From Bdellovibrionales bacterium (lineage in GTDB: Bacteria; Bdellovibrionota; Bdellovibrionia; Bdellovibrionales; JAGQZY01): DNA of 64,000 bases. Numbering within the stretch: position 1 is the first letter of the stretch; each line of letters starts with the position of its first letter. Position numbers and translations under genes: made by a program. Below are positions 36,043 through 45,362 of the stretch, one piece after another. The notes beneath the pieces were generated by a model that was not told the origin of the DNA, ran no database searches, and was given only the letters and a program-made list of their open reading frames with translations. The DNA is taken from contig CAXRIX010000078.1 in the NCBI GenBank assembly GCA_964230555.1, positions 10 to 64,009 on the forward strand, given 5' to 3'.

Positions 36043-36941
36043 TGAGTCATACTCTGACCTTAATTTTGCTATTGATTTGTGTTCTCTTGGTTGTCGGCCT
36101 TGCCATCATCATTCTTTATTTAAAAAAAGACGCCGGCGAGCCTTCCGAAGGTTTGCAGTTTGAAAGTCAGCAAGGCTCTATATATTACAAAGTTTATGGA
36201 AAAAAAGGGCCGGCGGTTGTTTTAGTCCATGGTCTTGGGGCCTCCACCTACTGTTGGCGAAACATTGCCCCCGAACTTGCGTCAAAGTATCAAGTGATCT
36301 GCATTGACTTGTGGGGTTTTGGAGCCAGTTCAAAAAAAATGTTAGCGCCGATGACTCTTGATTCACAAGCGGATGTGATTATCGAACTCATGGACTATTT
36401 AAAAATCAAAGACTTTCACCTGGTTGGACACTCGATGGGTGCGGAGATTGGTTTATGGCTCAAGCATAACAATAACAGAGTTAAAAAATGTGTTGCCATT
36501 ACACCTTCAGCTCACCCCAGCTTGGTTTCAGACTGGTTGCGACGCTTTGCCTGGATCGCCAAACTCACCCCTTTGGTGCTGACCGCTGCTGCCATTAAAA
36601 GGATTTTAGTTCGTTCTTTAAAAGATCCGGGGCAGATTTCAGAGGAGATGATTCAATCCTATTACCGTCCCTATACTGATCCCGCCGCGCATGTGAGTTT
36701 TGCCTCGGCCCTCAATATTATTAGCGATTGGCGAGTTTGGGATTGTCTCGATCAACTGGATAAAGATGTTTATGTCATTTTTGCGGATCATGACCAGGTT
36801 ATTAACCGCAGGCTCACCAAAATGATGATTGATAAATTCGCCACTAAAAACATTGTGGTGCACCCGTGGGCTGGACATTTGCCCATGGAAGATGACCCAC
36901 AGTGGTTGGTCGAGCAACTGTTTTTGACGCTAAAACAATAA
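36042..36941 (+). CDS. Alpha/beta-fold hydrolase with an N-terminal membrane anchor
   Basis: 299 aa with VVLVHGLGASTYCW, the nucleophile elbow GHSMGA, and a C-terminal H in WAGHLPMEDDP. Confidence 0.75.
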   Translation: MSHTLTLILLLICVLLVVGLAIIILYLKKDAGEPSEGLQFESQQGSIYYKVYGKKGPAVVLVHGLGASTYCWRNIAPELASKYQVICIDLWGFGASSKKMLAPMTLDSQADVIIELMDYLKIKDFHLVGHSMGAEIGLWLKHNNNRVKKCVAITPSAHPSLVSDWLRRFAWIAKLTPLVLTAAAIKRILVRSLKDPGQISEEMIQSYYRPYTDPAAHVSFASALNIISDWRVWDCLDQLDKDVYVIFADHDQVINRRLTKMMIDKFATKNIVVHPWAGHLPMEDDPQWLVEQLFLTLKQ

Positions 36942-37078
36942 AAAAACCTCCTATCGACTTTAGATTTGTTGGATTCTTGCTACTTTTTTCCAAGACCTTC
37001 CACTTGAAATCAAGACCTATGCCTTAAGACGTCGGCCTAGAATATAGACGTAAAGTCCTATTCCAGACTCAAGTCTCG

Positions 37079-37106
37079 TCAAGAAGCCAACACAACTCCC
37101 GAATAG
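37079..37106 (+). promoter_or_regulatory. Weak candidate sigma-28-like promoter upstream of flagellin (TCAAG-N15-CCGAATAG)
   Basis: TCAAG at 37079..37083 and CCGAATAG at 37099..37106, about 50 nt before the ATG. The -10 deviates from CCGATAA. Confidence 0.3.
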
Positions 37107-37157
37107 TGGGGTGTTAAAAGTGACAAAAGTTTTTTAAAAAAAACGGGAGGAAACAAT

Positions 37158-37991
37158 ATGTCTATGCGAGTTGCTACAAATATGTCGGCGATCAATGCTC
37201 ACCGAACGATGCAAAAGAATAACCTGGCGATCCAAAGCAGTTTCGAAAAACTGTCTTCTGGTAGCCGAATCAACAAAGCTGCGGACGATGCTGCTGGTCT
37301 AGCCATTTCTGAAGGCTTGAAAGCGCAAATTCGTTCAGCCAGCCAAGCTAAAAGAAACACCAACGATGCGATCTCTTTAGTGCAAACTGCTGAAGGTGGT
37401 TTAAACGAAATTGGAAACATCGTTATCCGTCTTCGCGAGTTGGGAATCCAGGCCGCTTCTGATACCGTTGGAGCTGACGAAAGAGGCTTCATCAACGCAG
37501 AGGTTGCTCAACTTAAAGAAGAAATGCAACGAATCGCCGAAACAACAAAATGGGGAACGACCAACTTACTTGATGGATCAACTCCACAGTTTGATTTTCA
37601 AGTGGGAATCTTCAACAGTGACTCATCTGATCGAATCAGCTGGGATGGCGGAGCGAATGTCGCAACGATCGATGCTCTTGGTTTGTCCGCACTTGATTTC
37701 TCAGACAAAGTCGGAGCACAAAACGGCTTGGCTGAGCTTGATGCAGCACAAACTGAAGTGAACAGAATCCGCGCCAACATTGGTGCTGTTCAGAACCGTT
37801 TCAACTCCACTGTTTCGAATCTATCGAGCATGGAAGAGAACCTTTCTGCTGCGAACAGTCGAATTCGCGATACAGACATCGCTGCTGAGACTGCAAACTT
37901 AACTAGTAATCAAATTTTAATGCAGGCAAATACCGCAACATTAGCTCAGGCTAATCAGAAGAATCAACTTGCTTTGCAACTTCTAGGATAA
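37158..37991 (+). CDS. fliC: Flagellin
   Basis: 277 aa with N-terminus MRVATNMSAINAHRTMQKNN...LSSGSRINKAADDAAGLAISE and C-terminus TANLTSNQILMQANTATLAQANQKNQLALQLLG. GGGAGG RBS. Confidence 0.95.
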   Translation: MSMRVATNMSAINAHRTMQKNNLAIQSSFEKLSSGSRINKAADDAAGLAISEGLKAQIRSASQAKRNTNDAISLVQTAEGGLNEIGNIVIRLRELGIQAASDTVGADERGFINAEVAQLKEEMQRIAETTKWGTTNLLDGSTPQFDFQVGIFNSDSSDRISWDGGANVATIDALGLSALDFSDKVGAQNGLAELDAAQTEVNRIRANIGAVQNRFNSTVSNLSSMEENLSAANSRIRDTDIAAETANLTSNQILMQANTATLAQANQKNQLALQLLG

Positions 37992-38007
37992 ACTTTATTG
38001 CCCGTTT

Positions 38008-38041
38008 CAGGGGGGATCATGGGGGTCCCTCCTGTTTTTTT
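38008..38041 (+). terminator. Rho-independent terminator after flagellin
   Basis: A caggggggatc...gggtccctcctg hairpin followed by a T7 run. Confidence 0.6.
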
Positions 38042-38196
38042 GTCTGGGTAAATAAGACCAACTGTTCGATTTAAGCCAAAATGACCTGCCGGTATTCTGT
38101 GGCGGGCGCGTTAAATCGGTTTCCTTTTGACAATTTTAGCCACCTATCGAAAATAAGCCTTTCGCAAATGTAAATCCGACGGGGGATTTCTATAAT

Positions 38197-39000
38197 ATGG
38201 CTAAGAAGAAGAAAACCACACGCAAAAAAGTGATCAAAAAGAAGGCACCAGGTCGTAAGAAGAAGACCAACAAGAAAAAGGCGCCTGGACGCAAGAAAAA
38301 GGCTCCAAAAAAGAAAGCGTCTCGCAAGAAGGCTTCAAAAAAAGTCTCCAAAAAGAAGGCGAAAAAGAAAACGACCCGCAAAAAAGCCAAAAAAAAGGTA
38401 AAGAAAAAGGCGAAGAAAAAAGCCACCAAGAAAGCTTCTAAAAAGAAAGCTAAGAAGAAAGCCACATCTAAAAAGAAGGCTAAGAAAAAAGCGGCTAAAA
38501 AGGCGAAGAAAAAAACCTCTAAGAAAAAAGCTAAAAAGAAGGTTTCGAAAAAGAAAGCCAGTAAAAAAGCGACGCCTAAAAAAACAACCAAAAAGAAGGC
38601 GGCTCCAAAAAAGAAAAAAGATGAGAAAAAAGAAGTGGCTAAGGCCAACGATGAGGCCGCTAGTGGTGGTTTAACCAAACCCGCAGTCCCCTCCTTTGAG
38701 GACATCTTGTCTTCAGACACTGATGAAAAGCCAATCCTTGGAGCCAACCCGTTTAAAGTTGAAGAAGACAAAGATAAGCAACGCTCTTTCTTTGACGACG
38801 AAGACGATTTGAGTGACATGGAAGAGCTTCGTGGCGATATGGACAGCCTGGGTAGCACTGAAGATTCCGATGAGTTTGAAGAAGCTGAAGAAGACGAACA
38901 GGACGATGATGATCTGTTTGATGATCCTGAGCTCAACCCCTTCGACGATCTTGATGATGACAACGATTTTGACGAAGATGACGAAGGCTCCTACTTCTAG
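38197..39000 (+). CDS. Charge-bipolar protein: histone-H1-like poly-Lys/Ala N-half plus poly-Asp/Glu C-half
   Basis: 267 aa. By my count residues 1-150 hold about 84 Lys and 5 Arg (KKKA/KKAS-type repeats). Residues 151-267 hold about 49 Asp/Glu, ending DDLDDDNDFDEDDEGSYF. The gene is monocistronic between two terminators. Confidence 0.75.
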   Translation: MAKKKKTTRKKVIKKKAPGRKKKTNKKKAPGRKKKAPKKKASRKKASKKVSKKKAKKKTTRKKAKKKVKKKAKKKATKKASKKKAKKKATSKKKAKKKAAKKAKKKTSKKKAKKKVSKKKASKKATPKKTTKKKAAPKKKKDEKKEVAKANDEAASGGLTKPAVPSFEDILSSDTDEKPILGANPFKVEEDKDKQRSFFDDEDDLSDMEELRGDMDSLGSTEDSDEFEEAEEDEQDDDDLFDDPELNPFDDLDDDNDFDEDDEGSYF

Positions 39001-39037
39001 CCTTCATAAACCCAAAAAGCCCGTCCCATTTTTCAAC

Positions 39038-39066
39038 AAACCACCAGTCATTGGTGGTTTTTTTTA
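39038..39066 (+). terminator. Rho-independent terminator
   Basis: ccacca-gtcat-tggtgg stem-loop followed by a run of 9 T. Confidence 0.75.
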
Positions 39067-39143
39067 TCCACTCCCCCATTAAATATCTCAACCTTAGAAC
39101 CCGACCCTAATCGACGTACCGTTTGGGTTTTAATAAATACGTG

Positions 39144-39902
39144 CTATTCGATGCAGAGTTCGCCTTGGCTGTGGAACAGGGCCGTCAACCAACCTTGTGA
39201 TTCATTGATCTCTTTTTGACGTTGAGTGAATTCGGGGATAATCGCTCCACCTTGCTTTTTAAGGTTGAATGTTAGTCCTAGATAACTGGAATTTTCGATC
39301 AATAAATCAATGACATGGGCGTGGAATGGCTGAACGAATTCTTCGTACTCTTCGGCTGTGAAGTCGCGACGAATCTTGTCTGCCAGTTGTTGTTCTAAGT
39401 CTGAGTCGACGTCACTAAATATATTGTGACTCTTTAGCTCTGGGCACTCTGTCTCTAATAGCTCTTGCAAGGGCAGAATCCCCTCCTCCAATCGTTCTCC
39501 CAGATTAAAGTGAGTGGCGGTGCAGATGGGTTGTTCAATACGCACTTGAAGCCGGCTCGGAGTCAACCTGTTGACTCTCAAGAGACTTCTAATTTGGCTT
39601 TCTTTTTGCGCCTGGGTTGACCAGCTCACGCTTCTGAACAGATCGATATAACGACGGCGCACCGTTACTGCTGGATTCATACTATAGGAAAAATCGACGC
39701 GATCTTGCTGCAAATTGACGTAAGCGGAAAGATCACATTGATGAATAATTTTAACTTCTACCGGTGGTGCTGAGGACGTTACGGTCGAAGCCGACTGCTC
39801 TTGGCTGGCCGTCCCGTTGCTCTGATTGACGCCCTCTACGACGCCACAGGCTCCTACAATAAGTAACATGAAATAAGAGATAATTTGTATGGCTACCTTC
39901 AC
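39144..39902 (-). CDS. Hypothetical lipoprotein
   Basis: GTG 39902 gives MKVAIQIISYFMLLIVGAC (lipobox LIVGAC) with a GGGGGG run upstream. The ORF-track TTG start is at 39914. No recognisable domain. Confidence 0.6.
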   Translation of the reverse strand: MKVAIQIISYFMLLIVGACGVVEGVNQSNGTASQEQSASTVTSSAPPVEVKIIHQCDLSAYVNLQQDRVDFSYSMNPAVTVRRRYIDLFRSVSWSTQAQKESQIRSLLRVNRLTPSRLQVRIEQPICTATHFNLGERLEEGILPLQELLETECPELKSHNIFSDVDSDLEQQLADKIRRDFTAEEYEEFVQPFHAHVIDLLIENSSYLGLTFNLKKQGGAIIPEFTQRQKEINESQGWLTALFHSQGELCIE

Positions 39903-40136
39903 AATGCCCCCCAATGCTTGGTTTCCGCTATACCTTTATCATTATGCCCCCGCTCGTCACATTATGACATGTCTCATTTTAAGATAGGATTCTCATTGAT
40001 TTTAAGGGTTTAGCCACGTTTTCGTCGGTAGCAAGCGAAGCTCGATCGTAGAGTTTAGACAACAATAGAATTTTTATAAGCCCTATGCCCCTTAGGTTTT
40101 TTTTACAATATAACCAACGGAGCAGGAGTTATTGCC

Positions 40137-41018
40137 ATGGGATCTTTTTTTTCAATCATTTTATTAATGCTAACCAGTTTTGCGTCGACGGGTTTTTCCC
40201 AGTCCATGCTTGTCGACGACGGCTTGAGTCCCCTGCAACGTTTCGAATCGGGCTATCGAATTTCCGGAGTCTACAATGCCAATAGTATTTTGTATTGCTC
40301 CCCACAAGCCCAGCGGACACACATCCCCCAGTTGCTCCCCGATTTGTACGTTTTAAAACAACTTCCCTCTGGAGCCCTATTAACAACTCAGAATCAGATT
40401 CAAAACTATAACAATCTTATCAAACGTGCTTTGGATACTCTTTCAGAGCAAAATGATGTGGCAACATTGAACAAACATATATGTACAGGATTTTATATCG
40501 ATCGAGACAGTCACATTGGCAACGCCTTATCTTTCATCCATGGTTATTTGATATTTGACTACAAGATGATCGAACACCTGTTTTCACTCCCCGATGAAAA
40601 GCGTACTTTTTGGGTCGAGGATTTTTTGGTGCTACATGAACTGGCTCACCAACTGCAATACTGGAATAATGATGGCGAAGTTTTAAAAACTCTCAATGGT
40701 GAGCAAAGCGCAAAAAGGCCCGAACTTGCGGCCGATTGTGCCGCCGGCGCTTTGATTAAACTCATGAATCTTGATCTTCCCTTAGAGTTATACACCCTCA
40801 GTTTTTCCGGTGTCGAAAATGCAGCCGAGTTGATTGGCGATGATGCTATTGACGACCCCACTCACCACGGGCTTCCCGATGAGAGAAGACAGGCTGTTCG
40901 ATACGGATCGGATATGATTACAGCCTTACGCCCCTTTATCAAAAATAAGACTTTAAAGGTGTCCAGCCGGTACATCCTTGACAACTGCAACCAATTTGTC
41001 CGCGACCAGCTTGACTGA
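40137..41018 (+). CDS. Secreted YpfJ-like putative neutral zinc metallopeptidase
   Basis: Signal peptide, then in order HELAH (HExxH), PELAADCAAG, AELIGDD and THHGLPDERRQAVRYG. This matches the YpfJ/Zn_peptidase motif order HExxH...ELQADCxAG...IGDD...THG..R..F..G. Confidence 0.65.
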   Translation: MGSFFSIILLMLTSFASTGFSQSMLVDDGLSPLQRFESGYRISGVYNANSILYCSPQAQRTHIPQLLPDLYVLKQLPSGALLTTQNQIQNYNNLIKRALDTLSEQNDVATLNKHICTGFYIDRDSHIGNALSFIHGYLIFDYKMIEHLFSLPDEKRTFWVEDFLVLHELAHQLQYWNNDGEVLKTLNGEQSAKRPELAADCAAGALIKLMNLDLPLELYTLSFSGVENAAELIGDDAIDDPTHHGLPDERRQAVRYGSDMITALRPFIKNKTLKVSSRYILDNCNQFVRDQLD

Positions 41019-41156
41019 TTGAAAGATTTTAATAAATAGAGCTTTTAACAGTGATCGGCTTGAGATTAGTCGCGCCGAAGTTCCAAGCCCCGACGTCGTT
41101 GGACTCAATCAGCAACCGAGCCAATCTGAAGGAAAAAACCTCGACAGCGTTTCCGA

Positions 41157-42500
41157 TCAGTTTGCCGATAGTGTGACTGCATTTTTCTGGTTGCGTTCCG
41201 AAAGATATTTGGCGACATAAACCAAAGTCAGAAAAGTAAAACCCCAGATCAGTTTGTTATTATATCGCGACAGTGGTTCAGAAAAGAAACCAATGGCAAT
41301 ACAGTTTAAAATATAGGCGGCGATGTAATAATAGACGACTTTTTTTTCGTCATCAAAAATAAGGTTTTTAATAAACAATAGGCATAAAACCAGCAAGGTC
41401 ACTAATGAAACTGCAAAAAATATAGAACCCGAAATATTCGTATAGTTTTCAAAAGAGATTGTGCGACCATTAAAAATGTTTTGATTAGCAAAAGCCATAA
41501 TACTGGCTTCACCGGCATATTTGCCGTATTGCCGATACAGAGTGATATCGTCCAAAATTATTGGCATTGGCTTGGCGAAGAGAACGGCTTGCAAAAGGCT
41601 TTGCTCCACCCCCTTAAAGAGGTACGACCAAATCAATCTTGATTTTAGAATCTCCTGATTGGCCTGTACCACACTCGGTAAAATATTGAGACCTGGTGCC
41701 ACGCTGTTGGGAGACCTATCACTATTCCAGATAGCGAAATGTCTATTTTTTGATTCACAAAAGACCATCTTTTCGTCAGGACACTTTTGTGAAAAATAAA
41801 CCTCAGTGATTTGAAAGGCTACCAAACGTGAGTAAACAAAGTAATGTGCAGACTCCTCAAAACTCTTTTTTGGGAAGAAAAACAGGAACCGCACCGACAA
41901 AATTGTTAGAACGACGCCAACCCCAGCAAACAAGGCCCGCCGATAGTTTTTTGAGAAATGAAAAATGACCAACGGGATAACACAGATAAAGTTTGAAAAA
42001 TGCATGAATGAGAAAAACGCCGTAGCTAAAAAGTAAAAAGGGCGTTCGGAGGTCCGACATAAAAAGAACCCAATCATCGCGAAAAATGCCAGCGGGCTGA
42101 AAATGTCAGGCATGATAAAGTTACTGACATGAAGCAAAGGCGTCAGCATCAGCAAGATTCCGATAGCAAAAAATACTTTTCTTTGGCATTCCGGCCAGAT
42201 AAGGCGGCTGAACTTAAAAAGGAAACCGACCACCAGAGCGTTCTGCAGAAAAACCACTCCCAAAAAACCGGCCACTTCAAAGGGAGCCCTTAAAAAAAGA
42301 CTGTAAGTCAAAGGACGCCAGGCAATGCTGGCTGGCTCCAAAAGATGAAAAGCATTATAAACATAATAGGCGGAGTCGTAGTAACTTAATGGAAACCCAT
42401 TCAACAAGCTTGGCAGAGTCCAGAGACCTGCAAGAATAAAGCAGACCAACCCATCGAGGATGTGGCTCAGACCACCTAGACCTTTTCTTAGATTTCCCAT
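41157..42500 (-). CDS. Polytopic integral membrane protein (possibly a GT-C-type glycosyltransferase)
   Basis: 447 aa with at least 10 hydrophobic segments. The functional guess rests on topology only. Confidence 0.4.
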   Translation of the reverse strand: MGNLRKGLGGLSHILDGLVCFILAGLWTLPSLLNGFPLSYYDSAYYVYNAFHLLEPASIAWRPLTYSLFLRAPFEVAGFLGVVFLQNALVVGFLFKFSRLIWPECQRKVFFAIGILLMLTPLLHVSNFIMPDIFSPLAFFAMIGFFLCRTSERPFYFLATAFFSFMHFSNFICVIPLVIFHFSKNYRRALFAGVGVVLTILSVRFLFFFPKKSFEESAHYFVYSRLVAFQITEVYFSQKCPDEKMVFCESKNRHFAIWNSDRSPNSVAPGLNILPSVVQANQEILKSRLIWSYLFKGVEQSLLQAVLFAKPMPIILDDITLYRQYGKYAGEASIMAFANQNIFNGRTISFENYTNISGSIFFAVSLVTLLVLCLLFIKNLIFDDEKKVVYYYIAAYILNCIAIGFFSEPLSRYNNKLIWGFTFLTLVYVAKYLSERNQKNAVTLSAN

Positions 42501-42785
42501 CCCTCTATTGTCTTATAGCCCTTCGTGGAAAACAAATTTTCAGGGCCTCGATCAGAAAAGACCCTCTTTTAGACTGGGATCTTTGGTCGCCTGATTTCTT
42601 ACAACCCGAGGTTTGAAAGTTTTGTATAGGGATTGCTCGGTGGCGCTTGCAAAAAATAGTGATTCTAAGAGGTTGAGTGCGATTCCGTGATCCAAAATTG
42701 ATACTTATCAAAGTTTCCGTCAAAACAGGCGCTTGCCGGCTCACCTGACATTTTGCTATGAAGACCCCAATAGAGGAGACGACCC

Positions 42786-43085
42786 ATGCGAATACTCAGT
42801 TTAATTTTTTCTTTAGCCTTAACGATGAACGCCAACGCTGCCAACATATCTTGTCAAAATGTGGATGATTCTTTTGAAGAAGACACTCTTGAGTTTGTTC
42901 AAGAGGGTAAAACCACTTACGCTTACTACTTTGACAACGACAGTTACTACTCCATCCCGTGTGAGACAACAGCCCTGGATGGTTATATTTGCGAAGATGC
43001 CAACGTTACCGTTCGGATGTATGAAAGCGGCGAAGCCTATGTCGATTACGCTGGTGAGGCCTCCGTCGAGTTCAACTGCTTTTAA
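42786..43085 (+). CDS. Small secreted Cys-containing hypothetical protein
   Basis: 99 aa with a signal peptide MRILSLIFSLALTMNANA, GAGGAG RBS and 4 Cys. Confidence 0.6.
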   Translation: MRILSLIFSLALTMNANAANISCQNVDDSFEEDTLEFVQEGKTTYAYYFDNDSYYSIPCETTALDGYICEDANVTVRMYESGEAYVDYAGEASVEFNCF

Positions 43086-43217
43086 GTTTTCACTCTTATA
43101 CTTTTTGAATCTTCGTAAGAGAGGTTGCAGCCACCTTTTGGTTGTACCGCTCAAAGAGTCGCCAACTTTACTGGCCTTTAATACAAGCCACAAACGGCAT
43201 CCTAGTCAGATTTAGGT

Positions 43218-43252
43218 AAAAAAAAGGAGCCAATCGGCTCCTTTGTTATTTT
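43218..43252. terminator. Bidirectional rho-independent terminator
   Basis: An A-run, then aggagcc-aatc-ggctcct, then a T-rich tail, between convergent genes. Confidence 0.6.
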
Positions 43253-43267
43253 AAAATGTGTATTTCC

Positions 43268-44299
43268 TTAAGCTTTTTTCGGTTTGCTGTGGATTGCAAA
43301 CTTCTCAAACTCACCGTACTCGTGCAACTTGTTGTAAAGTGTCTTGATGGTGATTCCAAGAGCGTTAGCGGCTTGGGTTTTGTTTCCTTCAAAGTAGTTC
43401 AGCGCTTTAATAATGTGGCGCTTTTCAAGCTCATAAAGAGTCATTGAAGGATCATACTCATCCATCGAGATGCGATTCTCAGGATTCACTATGGAGTTTG
43501 GTAGATCACTGGCAACAATGATTTCGCCATCCGCTAAGATTTGCAAACGCTCACAAAGGTTTTGCAATTCACGAATGTTTCCTGGCCAGTCATACTTCAT
43601 CAAAATTTGCATTGCTTCTTCGCTCATTTTGCGACCGCGGTTCAAAATTCTTGACGTGTTTTTGGCAAGAAAATGCTCCACTAACAATGGAATGTCTTCC
43701 TTACGTCGACGCAATGGCGGCGAGTGAACCGTAATCGTGTTGATTCGGTAATAGAGATCTTCACGGAAAGTGCCCTTCATAACTTCAGCATCCAACTCGC
43801 GGTTGGTTGCTGAGATCAATCGGATATCAACCTGGATAGGCTCTTTACCACCGACTCGGTAAACCTCTCCTTCTTGGATGAAGCGCAAAAGCTTGGCTTG
43901 CATTCCTGGGCTTAACTCACCAATCTCATCAAGGAACAGGGTTCCTCCAGAAGCCATCTCGGCCAAACCGATTTTCTTGGCATAGGCTCCAGTAAAAGCG
44001 CCTTTTTCATGACCAAATAGCTCACTTTCAAGGAGAGTCTCGCGGAGAGCTCCACAGTTGATAGCGACAAAAGGTTTGTCACGACGTTGGCTTTTTGAGT
44101 GGATGGCATGGGCTAAGAGCTCCTTACCGGTTCCACTTTCACCTAATATCAGCACAGAAGCGTTGCTAGGAGCGACTCGGTCAACCATCCTCATGACCTG
44201 TTTCATTAGGTCCGATTTGTGTATAACCTGGTTTCCAGCTAAAATTGGATTAGAGGCACCACCAGTAATAGGGCTACCCGGAAAAGTTGTATTTGACAT
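43268..44299 (-). CDS. Sigma-54-dependent transcriptional activator without an N-terminal sensory domain (PspF/HrpS-like architecture)
   Basis: ATG 44299 (MSNTTFPG...) with GAGGTGG upstream. Walker A GESGTGKE, intact GAFTGA (ELFGHEKGAFTGA), REDLYYRIN and a C-terminal Fis-type HTH. Only about 30 aa precede the AAA+ core. Confidence 0.85.
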   Translation of the reverse strand: MSNTTFPGSPITGGASNPILAGNQVIHKSDLMKQVMRMVDRVAPSNASVLILGESGTGKELLAHAIHSKSQRRDKPFVAINCGALRETLLESELFGHEKGAFTGAYAKKIGLAEMASGGTLFLDEIGELSPGMQAKLLRFIQEGEVYRVGGKEPIQVDIRLISATNRELDAEVMKGTFREDLYYRINTITVHSPPLRRRKEDIPLLVEHFLAKNTSRILNRGRKMSEEAMQILMKYDWPGNIRELQNLCERLQILADGEIIVASDLPNSIVNPENRISMDEYDPSMTLYELEKRHIIKALNYFEGNKTQAANALGITIKTLYNKLHEYGEFEKFAIHSKPKKA

Positions 44300-44357
44300 A
44301 CGTACCACCTCATTTGTTTCTTTTTGATACAACGTATCATTTTGACACGGAGTATAT

Positions 44358-45362
44358 GTGCAGCGCGTAAAAAATGCAAGAAAAAATTCAAAAACATGCA
44401 CTTTTTCCAATGAAATCGAAATAAACGGTAGTTCAGGTTCTCTGGATCTTGGGGAGTACCTATGCAAATACCTGGAATATCTCGATTTCCAGTCTGGTCT
44501 CTCCCCACACAGCCTCCGCGCCTATAGCACAGATGTACTGCAAGTTTTTCAACTTGATACTTTATATATTCTTTCTGGTCCGAAAATCAATGGGGACAGC
44601 CACTATTTTGTGCAATCTAACGAAAAACAAACAATTACAATGGGATATAAGGATTGGGCGGCGCGCGGGATGGAAAAGCTCCGATCTTGGGACGATATCT
44701 CAATAAAATCCCGCAAAAGGAAAATATCCAGCCTCAATGGATTTCTAAATTGGCTGCGCAGTTTTCACAATATTGATCTGGGCCTGAAGGTCGAGGCGCC
44801 GCGCGGGGTTCACCGAAAGCTTCCTCACTTTATCTCCATGGACGAATGCCTGGGTGTTCTGCAATTCCTGGCCAAAGATCCCATCACAAGTAAAAAAATC
44901 CAACAGCGTAAATTGTTTTCTCTTCTCTATGGGTGTGGGCTGCGGATTTCAGAAGCTTGCCAAGTGCAATGGTCTGACTTCAAGTTTGAGAAGCGGACTT
45001 TGTTAGTGCGAGGAAAAGGCAATAAGGAACGCCTGGCGATCATACCGAAAAGCGTTTGCCTGTCTTTGCAAAAAGAAGAACGAAAAGGCCCCTTTCTATG
45101 GGGTGACAAGCCCTTACCCACTCGCAGCGCTTATCAACGCATCAAAGACTTAGGCAAGGAAAGCGGATTGTTAAAGCCACTTCATCCCCACGCTCTTCGC
45201 CACAGCTATGCCACACACCTTCTAAGTAGTGGATCAGATTTGCGAGTTCTGCAGCAACTTCTTGGTCACCAGAGCCTTGCAGCCACTGAACTTTACACCC
45301 ATCTGGATATGGATCAATTGGCTAATACTATGGAGGCTCACCATCCCCTATCAAAAAAATAA
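44358..45362 (+). CDS. Tyrosine site-specific recombinase, XerC/XerD family
   Basis: 334 aa with a GTG start and GGAG 5 nt upstream. N-terminal SAM-like LSPHSLRAYSTDV. Catalytic region GLRISE...HALRHSYATHLLSSGSDLRVLQQLLGHQSLAATELYTH. Confidence 0.85.
   Translation: MQRVKNARKNSKTCTFSNEIEINGSSGSLDLGEYLCKYLEYLDFQSGLSPHSLRAYSTDVLQVFQLDTLYILSGPKINGDSHYFVQSNEKQTITMGYKDWAARGMEKLRSWDDISIKSRKRKISSLNGFLNWLRSFHNIDLGLKVEAPRGVHRKLPHFISMDECLGVLQFLAKDPITSKKIQQRKLFSLLYGCGLRISEACQVQWSDFKFEKRTLLVRGKGNKERLAIIPKSVCLSLQKEERKGPFLWGDKPLPTRSAYQRIKDLGKESGLLKPLHPHALRHSYATHLLSSGSDLRVLQQLLGHQSLAATELYTHLDMDQLANTMEAHHPLSKK

Noticed and set aside
38190-38963. 257-aa ORF on the minus strand (Ser/Phe/Leu/Ala-rich) opposite the Lys-rich gene
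   Set aside because: It is a mirror artefact of the AAG/AAA low-complexity coding strand. It has no RBS, and the plus-strand gene has an RBS-like run, terminators on both sides and a coherent two-domain composition.
44358-45362. Tyrosine recombinase as a marker of an integrated mobile element
   Set aside because: The catalytic region matches housekeeping XerC/XerD rather than phage integrases. There is no adjacent tRNA, no direct repeats, and no excisionase or phage genes.
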